64,000 bases of DNA, taken from contig CP000066.1 in NCBI GenBank assembly GCA_000002445.1, forward strand, positions 1,024,001 through 1,088,000. The letters are read 5' to 3'. Within the stretch, counting starts at the first letter, position 1. Each line of letters opens with the position of its first letter. Under the pieces are notes generated by a model that worked only from the letters and a program-made list of their open reading frames with translations, made no database searches and had not been told where the DNA came from. Below, in pieces: positions 32,000 through 42,555 of this stretch. Position numbers and translations under genes: made by a program. Source of the DNA: Trypanosoma brucei. Taxonomy: Eukaryota.

Positions 32000-34900
32000 A
32001 TGGATTGCAAGTTGCAACATGTTCTTGCCCCGTATGTTGTGGCTAGGAGGGCCGTGAAGCGATACGGCTGCTGTCGGGGTGCATCAAATAGTATTAATGT
32101 GGACTGTTCAGCGTCAACCTGCCGGGGTCGTTTTGAAGAAGATTTTTGTGGTATTGAGTCCGTGGCAGATGCAGGACCAGCAGGCTTTGGCCACAACGAC
32201 CAGCACACGGAGAGGGGTTTGGACGTTGAGTACTTTCCAGCTTCTCGTTTGAGCGGTAGATACGTTCTGGTTTATTTGACTTCACCGTCTGGGTCTTCGT
32301 TTACCAACCATGGGCCTGATTGTGTGATGCGGACAACAGAAAGCTTATGCTCGCCTTTGCTGACGGCTTCTCCTCGCGTTGGAACGCCTGTGCCGAGTGC
32401 CAGTTCATCAACTGGGAGGGGATCTAGTGCGTCTCTTCCCATTCTGACTCAGGAGAAGACTGGTACTTCACCTTCCGCGCCGCTATGCCCTGTGGCGTCC
32501 TTGCTCTCGCGTTTCTGCATATATTTTGGCTGTCAAACAGAAAGCAGGGATGCTGAGCGTATGTCCCGTTTTGTTGTGTTGGAGGTGCGGCAGGGGATAA
32601 GTGTGGAGCCGAGGTGGGAATCTTTGCACAACATGGAAACTAGAAACAGGGCGTCGGCGTCTTTTGGGGATGCTGGCGCTATATCCTTCTCAAGGGCTGT
32701 TTCGCCGAAGGGAGTCGATGGAGCCGCATTTACTGAAGACTTCAAGGTCAATGATGCGCTTACAGATCTTTCCACTGCGGACCAAAAATTTGGTGGTTGG
32801 TTTTATCTTGAAAACTCAGCGGCATATAGGTGTGTCATTCAGAAATACAATGTTTCTTCTTGGCCGGCGATTTTACTTTTTGATCCGGCGGGGGAGCTTT
32901 TAACGGCACGGGCGTATGACCATATAGAGCGTGAAATCTCTACCCTTAGCACGAGCGACGACCCAAACATATTAGCGGTAGTAGATTCGAGGGCAGAGCA
33001 ACACATGCAAGAAGTGGTGGGGATAGGTCCTTATGCAGGTTTTCGGTCTGGATTTCCCTGGATGACACCAGATGCGGGGCGTGATGAGGACAGGGGATCG
33101 AATGCGGTTGATGACGAGGTAGAGGGGGCACCACTTTTGTCTCTTGTCAGGTGGTTGTTGCGGCACGCACGACGCGTCGGGGAGAGTTGTGAAGTGGGTG
33201 CAACTTACCCGCCGGAAGACTCGTGTAATGTGCCCGAGCAACGTTGTCTTGACTCGTGCATGGATGGAGCCACGCACCTTGCACTGTACTTTGGTGCCGT
33301 CTGGCACCCAGCGACCAAACGTTTCTTACCCAAGCTAAAGCGTTTATGGTCAGCCGCCTGCGAAGGTGGTGATGACTGCTGTGTACTTGACGATGACGCT
33401 GGCCGAAACAGTTCTGACGGTGAGGGGGCTGCCGCTTGGGAAGGGGGAAAAAGGGCGTTGAGTGCGTTTGTCGCCGACACTGGGAGCCTCTATGAGCCTC
33501 TGGGCATCGAATCGTGGAGAAGGGGAATGACAAATGACGTCTGTGCTAGTGTCAGCACAGCGGATAGCGATGCGCCATACATACCATCCCGATGTTCGGC
33601 TGTGGAAACGCCAATGGGTTCACCCAAAGAGCACCCGCCATCCTTTCAGAGCCCTACACCGACAGTCGAAGGCCCGCTGGTTTCACCTAGGGTGTTTCGT
33701 AGTGAGTTAGCAGAGGAGAAACAACCCGAGGGATCTCATCACTTCCAAGTAGTGTTTGTCAGTTGCGATATGGACGTGTCCCAGTTGAAGTCTTCGCTCA
33801 CTTCCATGCCGAGTTCGTGGCTATTCGTCTCGTCCGTCCTGGCACCTCAAGCACAGGGTGTGATCAGGGCCTGCTTGGAGTTTTTCGATGTCCGCGTGTT
33901 TCCACGCCTCGTGGTGCTGGACACGTCGCATCGAGTCGGCTTGCAGCATGATGACGGTGGGTTGTCCAAGGTGTGGTCGCGATATCCAATAGCTTTGAAG
34001 GTTGTACGCTCGCACGGGGAGAGATCTGTTCTGAATGGAAGTGGTTTGAGAGAGTTGCTTTCCGGAGATGATCTTAACGACAACGTGGTTCCACAGAGAG
34101 AGGCGAGCACGGGGGAGTGTGGCATCGATGGCTCCGCCAGGCTGCTTGCCCATGGCATCATCACTAACGAGTTGTTGCACCAAGGCTATTTGCATTCTAT
34201 GATGAGGTCTGTCCTTGGGCAAGGAGGATCTCTTTTTGTGCTTTGCTGCATCGGAAGTATTTGCCCCGATCTCCACCAGGAGTGTGTGGCTTCTTTGCGT
34301 GAAGCGTGCACGTCTTGGGCTCAGGAAACGGGACGGTTCTCTGAAGGGGTGCCGAGGCATACGCTAGGTTCGTTAACACTAGGAAAACCGTCGCAAATGA
34401 CAGTAATGGAGGCATCAACGGTGTGTGCAGGGGATTTAACAGGGCCAGCTACTCTTGCTACTGTTTCCCCACTCTCGTGTTTTATAAGGGCCGATTTGAC
34501 GATTAGCAATAGTGGGAGGTCGAGCGGGGAGGTGGCCTCACCTCCTCTGGAGCGTGTCACGACGAGTGTGGATGACAACCGCTCATCGGCCGTTTATTTT
34601 GTGGATGCCATCAGTCTTGTGCGGGGACATGAAGGCAACAGTGGAGAAGGGGCAGGGGAGGGAATCACCCGAAGTGGGCGTCGAAGCGAACTTTGCACAG
34701 AGGGGGGTTTGTCGCAGGAAGATAAGTCACTGCTTCAAGAATATGTAATCTCAGAAGTTTTGGAAGCCAATGAGCATTTCGTACCACCATTTGAAGGCGA
34801 GCCTTTTCTAGTCTACTTGCAGTGGCCTGAGCGGCGTGTGGATGTACTTCGACGCATCGATGACTCTGAGCCACCCTTGAATACGGGTGGTCCTTCGGCG

Positions 34901-35074
34901 CGGTCCCCATCTGTCACTGCTTCTGCTAACACCTTGATCCCGGCTTCAGGGACTCCATCGCCCGGCGCAGTGGAGGTCGGAGCTCCCGCCGAGGTTCCCC
35001 GCAGGTCGCCGCTATGCTCATCCGCACTGGTGAAATCGTTCATTGTGCGGTGTAACATGAAGCGAACTTGTTAA
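32000..35074 (+). CDS. large nucleoredoxin-like protein with three degenerate tryparedoxin/thioredoxin-fold repeats lacking the CxxC active site
   Basis: The track start at 31976 is GTG; the first ATG is 32000. LALYFGAVWHPATKRFLPKLKRLW aligns to tryparedoxin [24 protein letters not shown], with CPPC replaced by HPAT. WFYLENSAAYRCVIQKYNVSSWPAILLFDPAGELL and FQVVFVSCDMDVSQ ... FFDVRVFPRLVVLDTSHRVG align to [14 protein letters not shown] ... [39 protein letters not shown]. Confidence 0.55.
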   Translation: MDCKLQHVLAPYVVARRAVKRYGCCRGASNSINVDCSASTCRGRFEEDFCGIESVADAGPAGFGHNDQHTERGLDVEYFPASRLSGRYVLVYLTSPSGSSFTNHGPDCVMRTTESLCSPLLTASPRVGTPVPSASSSTGRGSSASLPILTQEKTGTSPSAPLCPVASLLSRFCIYFGCQTESRDAERMSRFVVLEVRQGISVEPRWESLHNMETRNRASASFGDAGAISFSRAVSPKGVDGAAFTEDFKVNDALTDLSTADQKFGGWFYLENSAAYRCVIQKYNVSSWPAILLFDPAGELLTARAYDHIEREISTLSTSDDPNILAVVDSRAEQHMQEVVGIGPYAGFRSGFPWMTPDAGRDEDRGSNAVDDEVEGAPLLSLVRWLLRHARRVGESCEVGATYPPEDSCNVPEQRCLDSCMDGATHLALYFGAVWHPATKRFLPKLKRLWSAACEGGDDCCVLDDDAGRNSSDGEGAAAWEGGKRALSAFVADTGSLYEPLGIESWRRGMTNDVCASVSTADSDAPYIPSRCSAVETPMGSPKEHPPSFQSPTPTVEGPLVSPRVFRSELAEEKQPEGSHHFQVVFVSCDMDVSQLKSSLTSMPSSWLFVSSVLAPQAQGVIRACLEFFDVRVFPRLVVLDTSHRVGLQHDDGGLSKVWSRYPIALKVVRSHGERSVLNGSGLRELLSGDDLNDNVVPQREASTGECGIDGSARLLAHGIITNELLHQGYLHSMMRSVLGQGGSLFVLCCIGSICPDLHQECVASLREACTSWAQETGRFSEGVPRHTLGSLTLGKPSQMTVMEASTVCAGDLTGPATLATVSPLSCFIRADLTISNSGRSSGEVASPPLERVTTSVDDNRSSAVYFVDAISLVRGHEGNSGEGAGEGITRSGRRSELCTEGGLSQEDKSLLQEYVISEVLEANEHFVPPFEGEPFLVYLQWPERRVDVLRRIDDSEPPLNTGGPSARSPSVTASANTLIPASGTPSPGAVEVGAPAEVPRRSPLCSSALVKSFIVRCNMKRTC

Positions 35075-35494
35075 TATTCGACATGTATCCGTTAGCTGTG
35101 AGCAATTCTCACCCCGCTAATTCTTATGTTTTGCTGCGGAGGGCATCCGCACTATGATTACTTCTCTCTTCTTCCGAACACTTTACATGTATGAGAACAA
35201 AACTCCTAAGGTTTCTTTGCCTCCCTTTCTTTCTTTTTGTGTTTCCTCCTTTTCCCAACTGTGGCTTTTGCTCACATATCGCGGAGTGCATTTGACGGTT
35301 GCCTTCCAACTCACAGGTAAGTGCGGTGAAGGGGAGGCGGGGAGCGCAAGCAAAGACAGGTGTGAGCTCAGCACCCAAACGGCCCTGTGGGTAAAAGACG
35401 CTACAGGCAGCCGTAACAAAAAACGTTGAAGTCTGCGCGCATTTAGAGCTTCCAAGTTATTTTTGTTATCATTTAGTTTAGTGGCACTCTGTGT

Positions 35495-36571
35495 ATGTCT
35501 TCTGGTGTCCCTGTTTCATCGCAGTGGCCACCTGTCAGAGGTGGGCTGATCATCTTGCGGGCTGCCTTCTCTGGTGCACGTCAAAGTCTTGATGTCGTGA
35601 AGTTTCTGAGCTACGTGGGGTCGAGTGCCGAGGTGAGTCGTAATCTTCGGTCTTGCACACTTGTCAACTTTCTTTTCTTTTTCGGCATTTGGATTTCTTC
35701 TATCGTATTTTCTCCCTTGTGGAGCCTTGCCGTGACTTTGATGCGGGGGCGCTCGACATTGGCTGGTGACCCGGATGCGATCACAAATTCGGCGTCGTTG
35801 AGTAACGTCAATCGTGTTGCGGGAGGAGCCACAGGGGTCGTGACTATATTGTGGACGTGTGTATTTTATTTTGTGTGGGTTTTCCCTATGTACGGAATTA
35901 CACTTCTCTTTGGTATACGTTGGTACAACGCGCTGTACGCAGCTGCGAATAGTGAGAAGCGAAGGCGTGCCCTTCTGATGGCGGCCGCCAGAAGCCCCGG
36001 CAGGCCGGTGGTGCCCGTTAGGGGAGCTGCGGCCGGTGCCGGTCCCAAGCCAACCGCATCCTCCCTCTCATTTAGTGATGTCGTCGTATCCCTCACTGAA
36101 ACTTTGTTTAAGGTTGTTGCTACCAGCTTGTGCACTGTTGTAATGACGGTGGTAGGGACCATTCTCCCCGTGCCCCTGGGCGCATGTGTAGACGTGGCGA
36201 TGAGAAGTTGGTTGCACGCTTTCTATGTGTTTGACTACCGCGTTTCTTCACAGTACGTGACCGATAGGGTTACACAGCGACGCAACTACGTGGGGCTTTC
36301 ATCTGCTATTGAGTTTTTTGAGGCAAATTGGGCGTACTTTCTCGGGTTTGGAGCGTCGCGCTGCCTCGTTACCGGTGTATTGGATTTGACGGGCATAGTA
36401 ACATCGTGGTTTGCCAAAGAAGCCGCTGTGTCAGTGCTATTTGGGGCCCATGTTGTACTTTCTGTTGAAGCAAAACTTCCCCCGCGCGCGCCATTCAGTA
36501 TTCCCATGTTCACTCCTTTTTTTATACTCTGTGACAAGATTATAAGGGCGGTTGTGCATGTGGCGCAATGA
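35495..36571 (+). CDS. hypothetical multi-pass membrane protein, 358 aa
   Basis: ATG at 35495. Several hydrophobic helices, for example LVNFLFFFGIWISSIVFSPLWSLAV, VVTILWTCVFYFVWVFPMYGITLLFGI and LCTVVMTVVGTILPVPLGACV. Continuous ORF on the common strand. Family not recognised. Confidence 0.5.
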   Translation: MSSGVPVSSQWPPVRGGLIILRAAFSGARQSLDVVKFLSYVGSSAEVSRNLRSCTLVNFLFFFGIWISSIVFSPLWSLAVTLMRGRSTLAGDPDAITNSASLSNVNRVAGGATGVVTILWTCVFYFVWVFPMYGITLLFGIRWYNALYAAANSEKRRRALLMAAARSPGRPVVPVRGAAAGAGPKPTASSLSFSDVVVSLTETLFKVVATSLCTVVMTVVGTILPVPLGACVDVAMRSWLHAFYVFDYRVSSQYVTDRVTQRRNYVGLSSAIEFFEANWAYFLGFGASRCLVTGVLDLTGIVTSWFAKEAAVSVLFGAHVVLSVEAKLPPRAPFSIPMFTPFFILCDKIIRAVVHVAQ

Positions 36572-37366
36572 TGGCCCTTGAACATGGGAGACATCTTCGG
36601 ACTAATGTGTATGGATGGACGAGTGGAAAATATTAGCAATACGTGCATCTACAAATGCAAGCAGACGCCTAACACTGGTTGCATATTTCTACATGTGTGT
36701 ATGTGAACTGTTCAAAAGTCCCCGTGTCTGCCTGCATTTTTATATACGCGTATTGCTAATATTTCTTGAGTGCGATTATTTTTCCCCTCTTTTTTTCACT
36801 TTTTCTTTTTTTTACCTCTTGCTGCCCACCATGCAAATGGGATGAGCGATTCACTTTACTTCTTTCCTCCCCTTTTGTCGAGGTGTGTGATTTCCTCCTG
36901 ATGAGGGAAGAAGGCATTTTTTATGACACCGTTTGTTACATATCAACTGTTGGAGATTCAATATGTGTGTGTGTATCTGGGTGGCAGAAGGGAAATTGGG
37001 GTGTCGCACGGTTTGCCGTGCATTGTTCCCCCGCCATTTTTTGCTCTTGTGCTATATCACTATTATCGTGTTACCCCTTTCTTCATCCTTACCGTTTTTG
37101 GCCCCCCTCTCGTTTGTTTTCCCTCTTGTGTTGTGGAAAAAATAAAAATAAACATGTTAATCTGAGTGGCACGACAAGAAACCGGTGAAAATTTGGCAAC
37201 CCACGTGCGTGTGCGTGTGGGCTTGAGAGTTTGTTGACAAGCACAAAAGGGGAAAAGGAGCGCTGAGGAACTTAGTTAAGGAACAGAACGCTAACATTAG
37301 GAGCGGGAGCAGGTTGTGACCGCCGTAACTTACATCTAAAATTACGTACACACCCATATACATATA

Positions 37367-38587
37367 ATGTACCAAAGCAGAACAATGGTATCTTTTTTGA
37401 TGGCTGCAACTCTTTTTGCGTTGTATTTGTTTCCATTTGGGGCCCGAGGAGACGACCCGAGGCGGAACGATAAATTAGTGGAGGCCCTGAGAGCAGAGTT
37501 TACGTCATCTGGCCTCGCTGCACCACCCGAGCCACCGTCCGATTTGGGTGTGCATGCGACTTGCGTAAAGTTTGGACTCGCGTGCTCCGACGCGTATGTG
37601 GACTTTCTTAAGGATGAAGTCGCAAAACTGCATGGCACTGCCGGTGGGATTCCTCCTTCACAGGCAGAGAAGCCGAAGCGAGTGCCACCAACCAGTGCAG
37701 GTAAGGAACGACGAACTCCGAAGTCCCCAGTGGAGGATAACGATCCCACGCGTGACGTAAAACTGGAGAAGCTACAGCGTTTGCGAAATGTGTATCGTGA
37801 TAAATTGCTGGAGCTACATTCGTCAGAAAAGAGGTGGGAATGTTTCTTCACAAGGATTAGCAGTGTATTGAGTTCTTTATTACTCTCTCATGTTTCCTCG
37901 TTCGTGTTGTGGTTCTGGACTGCCTTTGCGCCTCATGTTCCCGTTGCCATGCTTCTCATGGCGGTACTTACGTGGGTATTTTTCGGCACTCACATCCCCA
38001 ACGAGCACATTTGCTGCCTTCGTGCTGCGAGACCTGCATTCGCAATGGATCAACTCCTTGCCCGCAGTGCCCCTCCGAAATCGGTTGCGAGCCTCGTGAT
38101 TGAGCGGGAGCGGTGCTCTGGTTATGATGATTTCGGTGAATTTAACGACTCCGCTACCGGTGCTTCAGCAGAGGGGGAGGTGCAAGGGCACGAGGTGGAA
38201 CGCCGCGATGAATATTGGGATCTTGTGCGGTTTTCCCTGATTGAAGCGTATGACATGTACCACGCGGAGGTGATAGTCTTGAAGTTGAGATTGGTGCTGA
38301 GTCTGTTGGCATTGCTAATGCTCATTTGGAGCGTTATTTCTCTGCCGCTGCAAACTGTTGATCTGCAGAATGGTGGATTTGTAAAGACTCTGGTGTCCAG
38401 TGTTTTGCCGGAGTGGGTGCCCGCTGTGGCGGGGCTTCACTTTGCGTGGTCATGCGTTGGTGGATTGGTTGCTTTCGCCTGCTGGGAGGTGTTTGCCGCT
38501 GGCGAGATGCTTTGCCGTTTGAATGCGCGTTCCGCCACCATGTGCGACAGCATCCTTAAGGAATGGAGTTGGAAACTTGATGGATAA
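37367..38587 (+). CDS. hypothetical membrane protein with N-terminal signal-peptide-like segment, 406 aa
   Basis: ATG at 37367. MYQSRTMVSFLMAATLFALYLFPFGARGDD resembles a signal peptide. Later TM segments include VLSSLLLSHVSSFVLWFWTAF, VAMLLMAVLTWVFF and LVLSLLALLMLIWSVISL. Confidence 0.5.
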   Translation: MYQSRTMVSFLMAATLFALYLFPFGARGDDPRRNDKLVEALRAEFTSSGLAAPPEPPSDLGVHATCVKFGLACSDAYVDFLKDEVAKLHGTAGGIPPSQAEKPKRVPPTSAGKERRTPKSPVEDNDPTRDVKLEKLQRLRNVYRDKLLELHSSEKRWECFFTRISSVLSSLLLSHVSSFVLWFWTAFAPHVPVAMLLMAVLTWVFFGTHIPNEHICCLRAARPAFAMDQLLARSAPPKSVASLVIERERCSGYDDFGEFNDSATGASAEGEVQGHEVERRDEYWDLVRFSLIEAYDMYHAEVIVLKLRLVLSLLALLMLIWSVISLPLQTVDLQNGGFVKTLVSSVLPEWVPAVAGLHFAWSCVGGLVAFACWEVFAAGEMLCRLNARSATMCDSILKEWSWKLDG

Positions 38588-39643
38588 TAAGGGGGAGGGA
38601 CACCACAATGACGTGACAGTGGTTGAAGGCATCTTCAATTGACGTGGGGGAAGTTGTCAAGTCTTCGCTGCCCCGAATGTAGGAGTTGGTAGAGATCGGT
38701 ATTGTCGCGTTTGTGGGCTGGCGTGAATATTTGAACCTGGGATGTGCCGATTTGTTCGGGGGTTAAATGGCAGCGCACAGAAGTGTTTTTTATTTTACAC
38801 CGCATGTATGAAAGGAGAAGCGAAAACAAACCAGCAAACAGCTTATGGGGAACTAATAGTAGAGTGTCTCCGCTCCCCCCCTTTTCTTCGTCCATTCTTG
38901 TTTTTTTTTTGTTTGCATGCAGCGGGTAGCTGATGATCATACGCGAGTGCGTGGAGGGGTATAGGGGATACCGGGAAACATTATCGAAAACTGTAGAATT
39001 CCCTTTTATGTAAGAATACAGAATGAGCATTTCCTTTTCCTCTTTTACCGACTTTGTCTTCAATCTTCATTTTTCCCTTCTTCCGTTGTTCACTTGTGGT
39101 TAACACACTTGACTTTTGAAACTTCGTTATCTGTCGGCTACCTTTACTCATTATGAAACCTCAGAACAGTTCAACGGGAGGTGTAATGAACAACTTTTTA
39201 CCCACGCGGGCCTTTCCCCCCTCTATTGGCGTGTGAGTTTGCCTCTCTGTAGATGCATGCATATATATCTATATACATGTACGCACACATGTGTGTGTGT
39301 ATCGCCCCCTTTTTATTTTGTTCCGGTTATTATGTTCCGTGCTGCGCGCCCCTCGGGTTCATAATATTTTCACTTTTTCGTACGTGCGTTCCCCATCTCT
39401 TTTCCCTTTGGGTGGTGCTCAAGCGCCTTTTTTTTTAATTCTAAAAGAAAAATAAACGACCTTTTATTTGAAGTGAGAAGGAGGAGACTGTTATTTAAAC
39501 GCTATTCTTTGGAGGCAAGCGGAAGTCATAGAAAGGAAACAATAACAAGGGCCCCCGTGTGAAGGGCAGGAATCATAGAAAGTGGCAGAGGTGCTGAAAA
39601 GAAACTTACTTACGATCATAACCGCTGATTGTAGTAAAAGGAG

Positions 39644-40780
39644 ATGGGCATTATTAAACATGTGGCAGTTATATTGGACGTGTCTGAAGCGAGCTTGGAG
39701 CAACATGTCTTGGAGAGGGTGCGGCAGTTGGACGAAGACACTGTTGTTCGTCGCCTCTCCGAAGAAAAGGCGGGAAAATTGCCTGATTTTATAAAGCTTT
39801 CGGAGGACATTATAGAAAAGAACGATCTCCGGAAGAGCGGGGAAGGTAGTGTTGAGTCCATACAGCGCTTCGTATGTTTCGTTACAGACAATAAGACGAG
39901 ACAAAACGGCATGGTTGCATATGCAATGCACTGCCTGCAGATTCCAGTTCTGTCACTTACGAAAGGCCAGAAGGCGAAAGGTAATGATGATGCTGAGCAC
40001 TGGGTGTCCACTATATTATACAAGGATCTTGACGGGTCGCACACTGACCCCCTCGCTGCCGTCAACGAGTTCTTCACGTTTCCTGATAAAGTGGGAGAAC
40101 TTCTTGCGGTTGAGGGGAGGGACAGCCAATTAACCCTACAATATTGCCGTGAACTGCGTAGTTACCTTCAGCGTGCGTGGAGTGCAGAGGTGAAGCTCGT
40201 GGGGCCCAATGGTTGTGACATGTCTGAGGAAGGTTTGGACGGGACAAAGTGTGGAGAGACGGATAATGTGGAGGAACAGGTGGAAGTGGAGTCTGGAATC
40301 CATGCCCCACTGGTTAAGGAGCTTTTGGGCAACAGCCAGCTTGAGAGCACCCATCAAAATGACCATCTTTTGCACGGGGCCATGTATGCACTCAACCGCC
40401 ATGAAAATCTTCCAATTATTCGATACCGTCTGCAGCGAGGGGTGAATATCATTCTGTGCCGCCCGATGTCCTCTTCCCTTGAGAAGCTGTTTAATAAGTT
40501 TTCCAGGATGCGAGGGGGAGCAGAGGATGTGCGGCGGTCATTTATTGACGCCGTGAAATCGCTTCTGCAGTTTGAGGGTCGATGGCTTGACATGCCGAGG
40601 CGGAGAGTGGTGTTGATACGAGAGGGCGTGGCTCACAGTTGGAGCGCTTGGCTTGGCAATGAGGTGATCCACCCGTTGGTTGATTGGATACCAGTTGACG
40701 TCAAAGCTGGTAATATCGCTGACCATTGCGCCTCCCTAGAGGCGAGTGTAAAGAAGGCGGTGCGACGGCTTTCCCGTTAA
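39644..40780 (+). CDS. hypothetical protein, 378 aa
   Basis: ATG at 39644; a clean 1.1-kb ORF on the common strand with trypanosome-like codon usage. The N-terminus VAVILDVSEAS weakly resembles the start of a vWA-type fold, but this is not convincing. Confidence 0.5.
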   Translation: MGIIKHVAVILDVSEASLEQHVLERVRQLDEDTVVRRLSEEKAGKLPDFIKLSEDIIEKNDLRKSGEGSVESIQRFVCFVTDNKTRQNGMVAYAMHCLQIPVLSLTKGQKAKGNDDAEHWVSTILYKDLDGSHTDPLAAVNEFFTFPDKVGELLAVEGRDSQLTLQYCRELRSYLQRAWSAEVKLVGPNGCDMSEEGLDGTKCGETDNVEEQVEVESGIHAPLVKELLGNSQLESTHQNDHLLHGAMYALNRHENLPIIRYRLQRGVNIILCRPMSSSLEKLFNKFSRMRGGAEDVRRSFIDAVKSLLQFEGRWLDMPRRRVVLIREGVAHSWSAWLGNEVIHPLVDWIPVDVKAGNIADHCASLEASVKKAVRRLSR

Positions 40781-41181
40781 CAGGAATATACTAAGATTAT
40801 GGCAAATAATTTCCCCCTCTTCTCATTTGATGTGTTGTCTTGTTGCTGGTTGCGTCTCTCACAGTCATTTAAGGCAAAGTTCGCGTCCGGCGGGAGGGAT
40901 GCAACAGGAGGAAAGTAGTTTTCTGTTGTATACCCCACTGTGTGTGTCTTTTCTGTCTTTTATTTTTTCAAGCAAAAGAAAAAATGCTATTTTCTTTCCT
41001 TCCTTGTTTTACTTCGATTCTGTTGTATTACTGTTCCAAGCCCTTTACTTATAGTAAACGGGAGGGTAGAGGGCAAGGGGAGTGTCAAAAGGACTGCGGT
41101 TCGGAGGAAGGGTGAAGAAAAGGAAGAAAGGAACTCTTTTGTTTCGTATAGTGTGTGTGTGTCTTTCTGTTTCTGAGGATT

Positions 41182-42234
41182 ATGGCCAAAATTAATGCAA
41201 CTTATGGTTCCGGCTACTACCTCGCGCCTGACGTGGACTACCGCAGGCTTGAGGAACAACAGAGATTAGAGCGCAAGCGGAAAAAGGTGAAGGGCGAAGC
41301 GGTTTCTCCGTCCGAGAGAGACGCCATACGCCAAACGTTTGCAATGCCATTCAACGTTATTTGTCTTCACTGTAACTGTCGGATTGCACGGGGCGCACAC
41401 GGTTATGTGAACCGTAGGGCGACAGATGAAACATACATGGGGATCCGCATATGGGAGCTGGAAATCCGCTGCATGTTCTGTAAGGGTCACATTTATCTCA
41501 AGACAGATTACGAAACCGCCAAACTGACAGGTGGGTATCATTGCAGTCGCAACTGCAGACGCGGCGAGGGCGACTTCTACGGGACAAACCAAATAAATGA
41601 GGAGGTGAAGGCCCAACGGGCAGCTGAAAAAGCGGATGAGGGAACAGTAGATGCACTGGAGCGTGAGAATGAGGTGATGCTTCAGCTACAGGAAAGAGAG
41701 CGTTTGGTGGAGGAGCTCGTGGAGGCCAGAGCTGGCACGGAGGAGGCTCAGACGCGTGATGAGCTCCTGCAGGTGATCCGAGCCAGGAAGCAGCAAGGAG
41801 CTTTGATGGTGGGGGACGGGATTGAAGGTGAGTTTCAGCCGGAAGCAAAGCGCTCAGCTGAGGAAGAAGAAGAGATGTACCAGCGCTTCGAAGCACAGCT
41901 GCGACTTTGGGGTGGTGAAGGCACTTCGTCTTGGCGGGAGCAACATGATCAACAACAGCGGAGCGGGGCAAAGAAGGGTGGTGGAGGTGAGGAGGAGGAA
42001 GTGACAGCAGCCCTCATAGCGAGGTATGCAGGTGCTGAAGGGAAATATGGAAACGTTTTCGTCGACGATTCGGAGGATAGCAACGACGATGATCGCGAAG
42101 GGAAGTCCGTTCCACTGCCCAGTGCTACCACGACGCCTTTAACGACGTCCCCATCTACATCAGCAAATGAGAAAAGCAACTTAGTTTCAGTCTTGCGGAA
42201 AGGGAGTGCATTGGCTTCCTTGCTTGACGATTGA
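41182..42234 (+). CDS. Yju2/CWC16-family splicing factor (CCDC94/CCDC130-like, DUF572)
   Basis: The track start at 41155 is GTG; the real ATG is 41182 (MAKINATYGSGYYLAPDVDY...). PFNVICLHCNCRIARGAHGYVNRRATDETYMGIRIWELEIRCMFCKGHIYLKTDYETAKLTGGYHCSRNC matches the two CxxC pairs and the YY..DFDP-type N-terminus of Yju2/CWC16. The tail is coiled-coil and acidic. Confidence 0.7.
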   Translation: MAKINATYGSGYYLAPDVDYRRLEEQQRLERKRKKVKGEAVSPSERDAIRQTFAMPFNVICLHCNCRIARGAHGYVNRRATDETYMGIRIWELEIRCMFCKGHIYLKTDYETAKLTGGYHCSRNCRRGEGDFYGTNQINEEVKAQRAAEKADEGTVDALERENEVMLQLQERERLVEELVEARAGTEEAQTRDELLQVIRARKQQGALMVGDGIEGEFQPEAKRSAEEEEEMYQRFEAQLRLWGGEGTSSWREQHDQQQRSGAKKGGGGEEEEVTAALIARYAGAEGKYGNVFVDDSEDSNDDDREGKSVPLPSATTTPLTTSPSTSANEKSNLVSVLRKGSALASLLDD

Positions 42235-42555
42235 GATACCTACTGCACCTCTTTTAGTTGTTGCGACGCACGCCATTGCCGTTATTTTAGGCATGATGGC
42301 ATTGTTATTGTCGTTATAGTTCAACAGGAGAAACCTCTTCACCGTGAAGCGATGTTCCTCTTCTTTTTCCCTCTTAACATCGTCAGATTTTTTTTTTTTG
42401 CTCCGCATCACAATAGTGTTTAGGAAGTTTAGCCTCTCCATATTAATTGCTTGACGCAGTCAAACACGCGTTTGAACTTCTGGTGGGTAGAGGTGATAGG
42501 TCCACCGTCCTTTGTTTTTTTGCAGCCTGTAGACAAACCCGTTGCTGCCACGATA

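Noticed and set aside
33821-34360. Minus-strand ORFs of 100-180 aa, e.g. 33821..34360(-), 39616..40077(-), 38635..39063(-), 41498..41971(-), 26527..26976(-) and many others
   Set aside because: Every one lies antisense to a well-supported + strand gene or inside a low-complexity spacer. The whole window behaves as a single + strand polycistronic unit, so antisense frames are expected by chance in GC-rich coding DNA. None shows a recognisable motif.
35495-36571. EI24/CysZ-like assignment for the 358-aa multi-pass membrane protein
   Set aside because: It came to mind only from size and TM count. I cannot point to any conserved motif in the sequence that supports it.
39644-40780. Possible vWA-like or TFIIH p34/Tfb4-like N-terminus in the 378-aa protein (HVAVILDVSEAS)
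   Set aside because: The resemblance is limited to one short beta-strand-plus-DxSxS-like motif. There is no C-terminal zinc finger and no further conserved blocks that I can match, so it is left as hypothetical.
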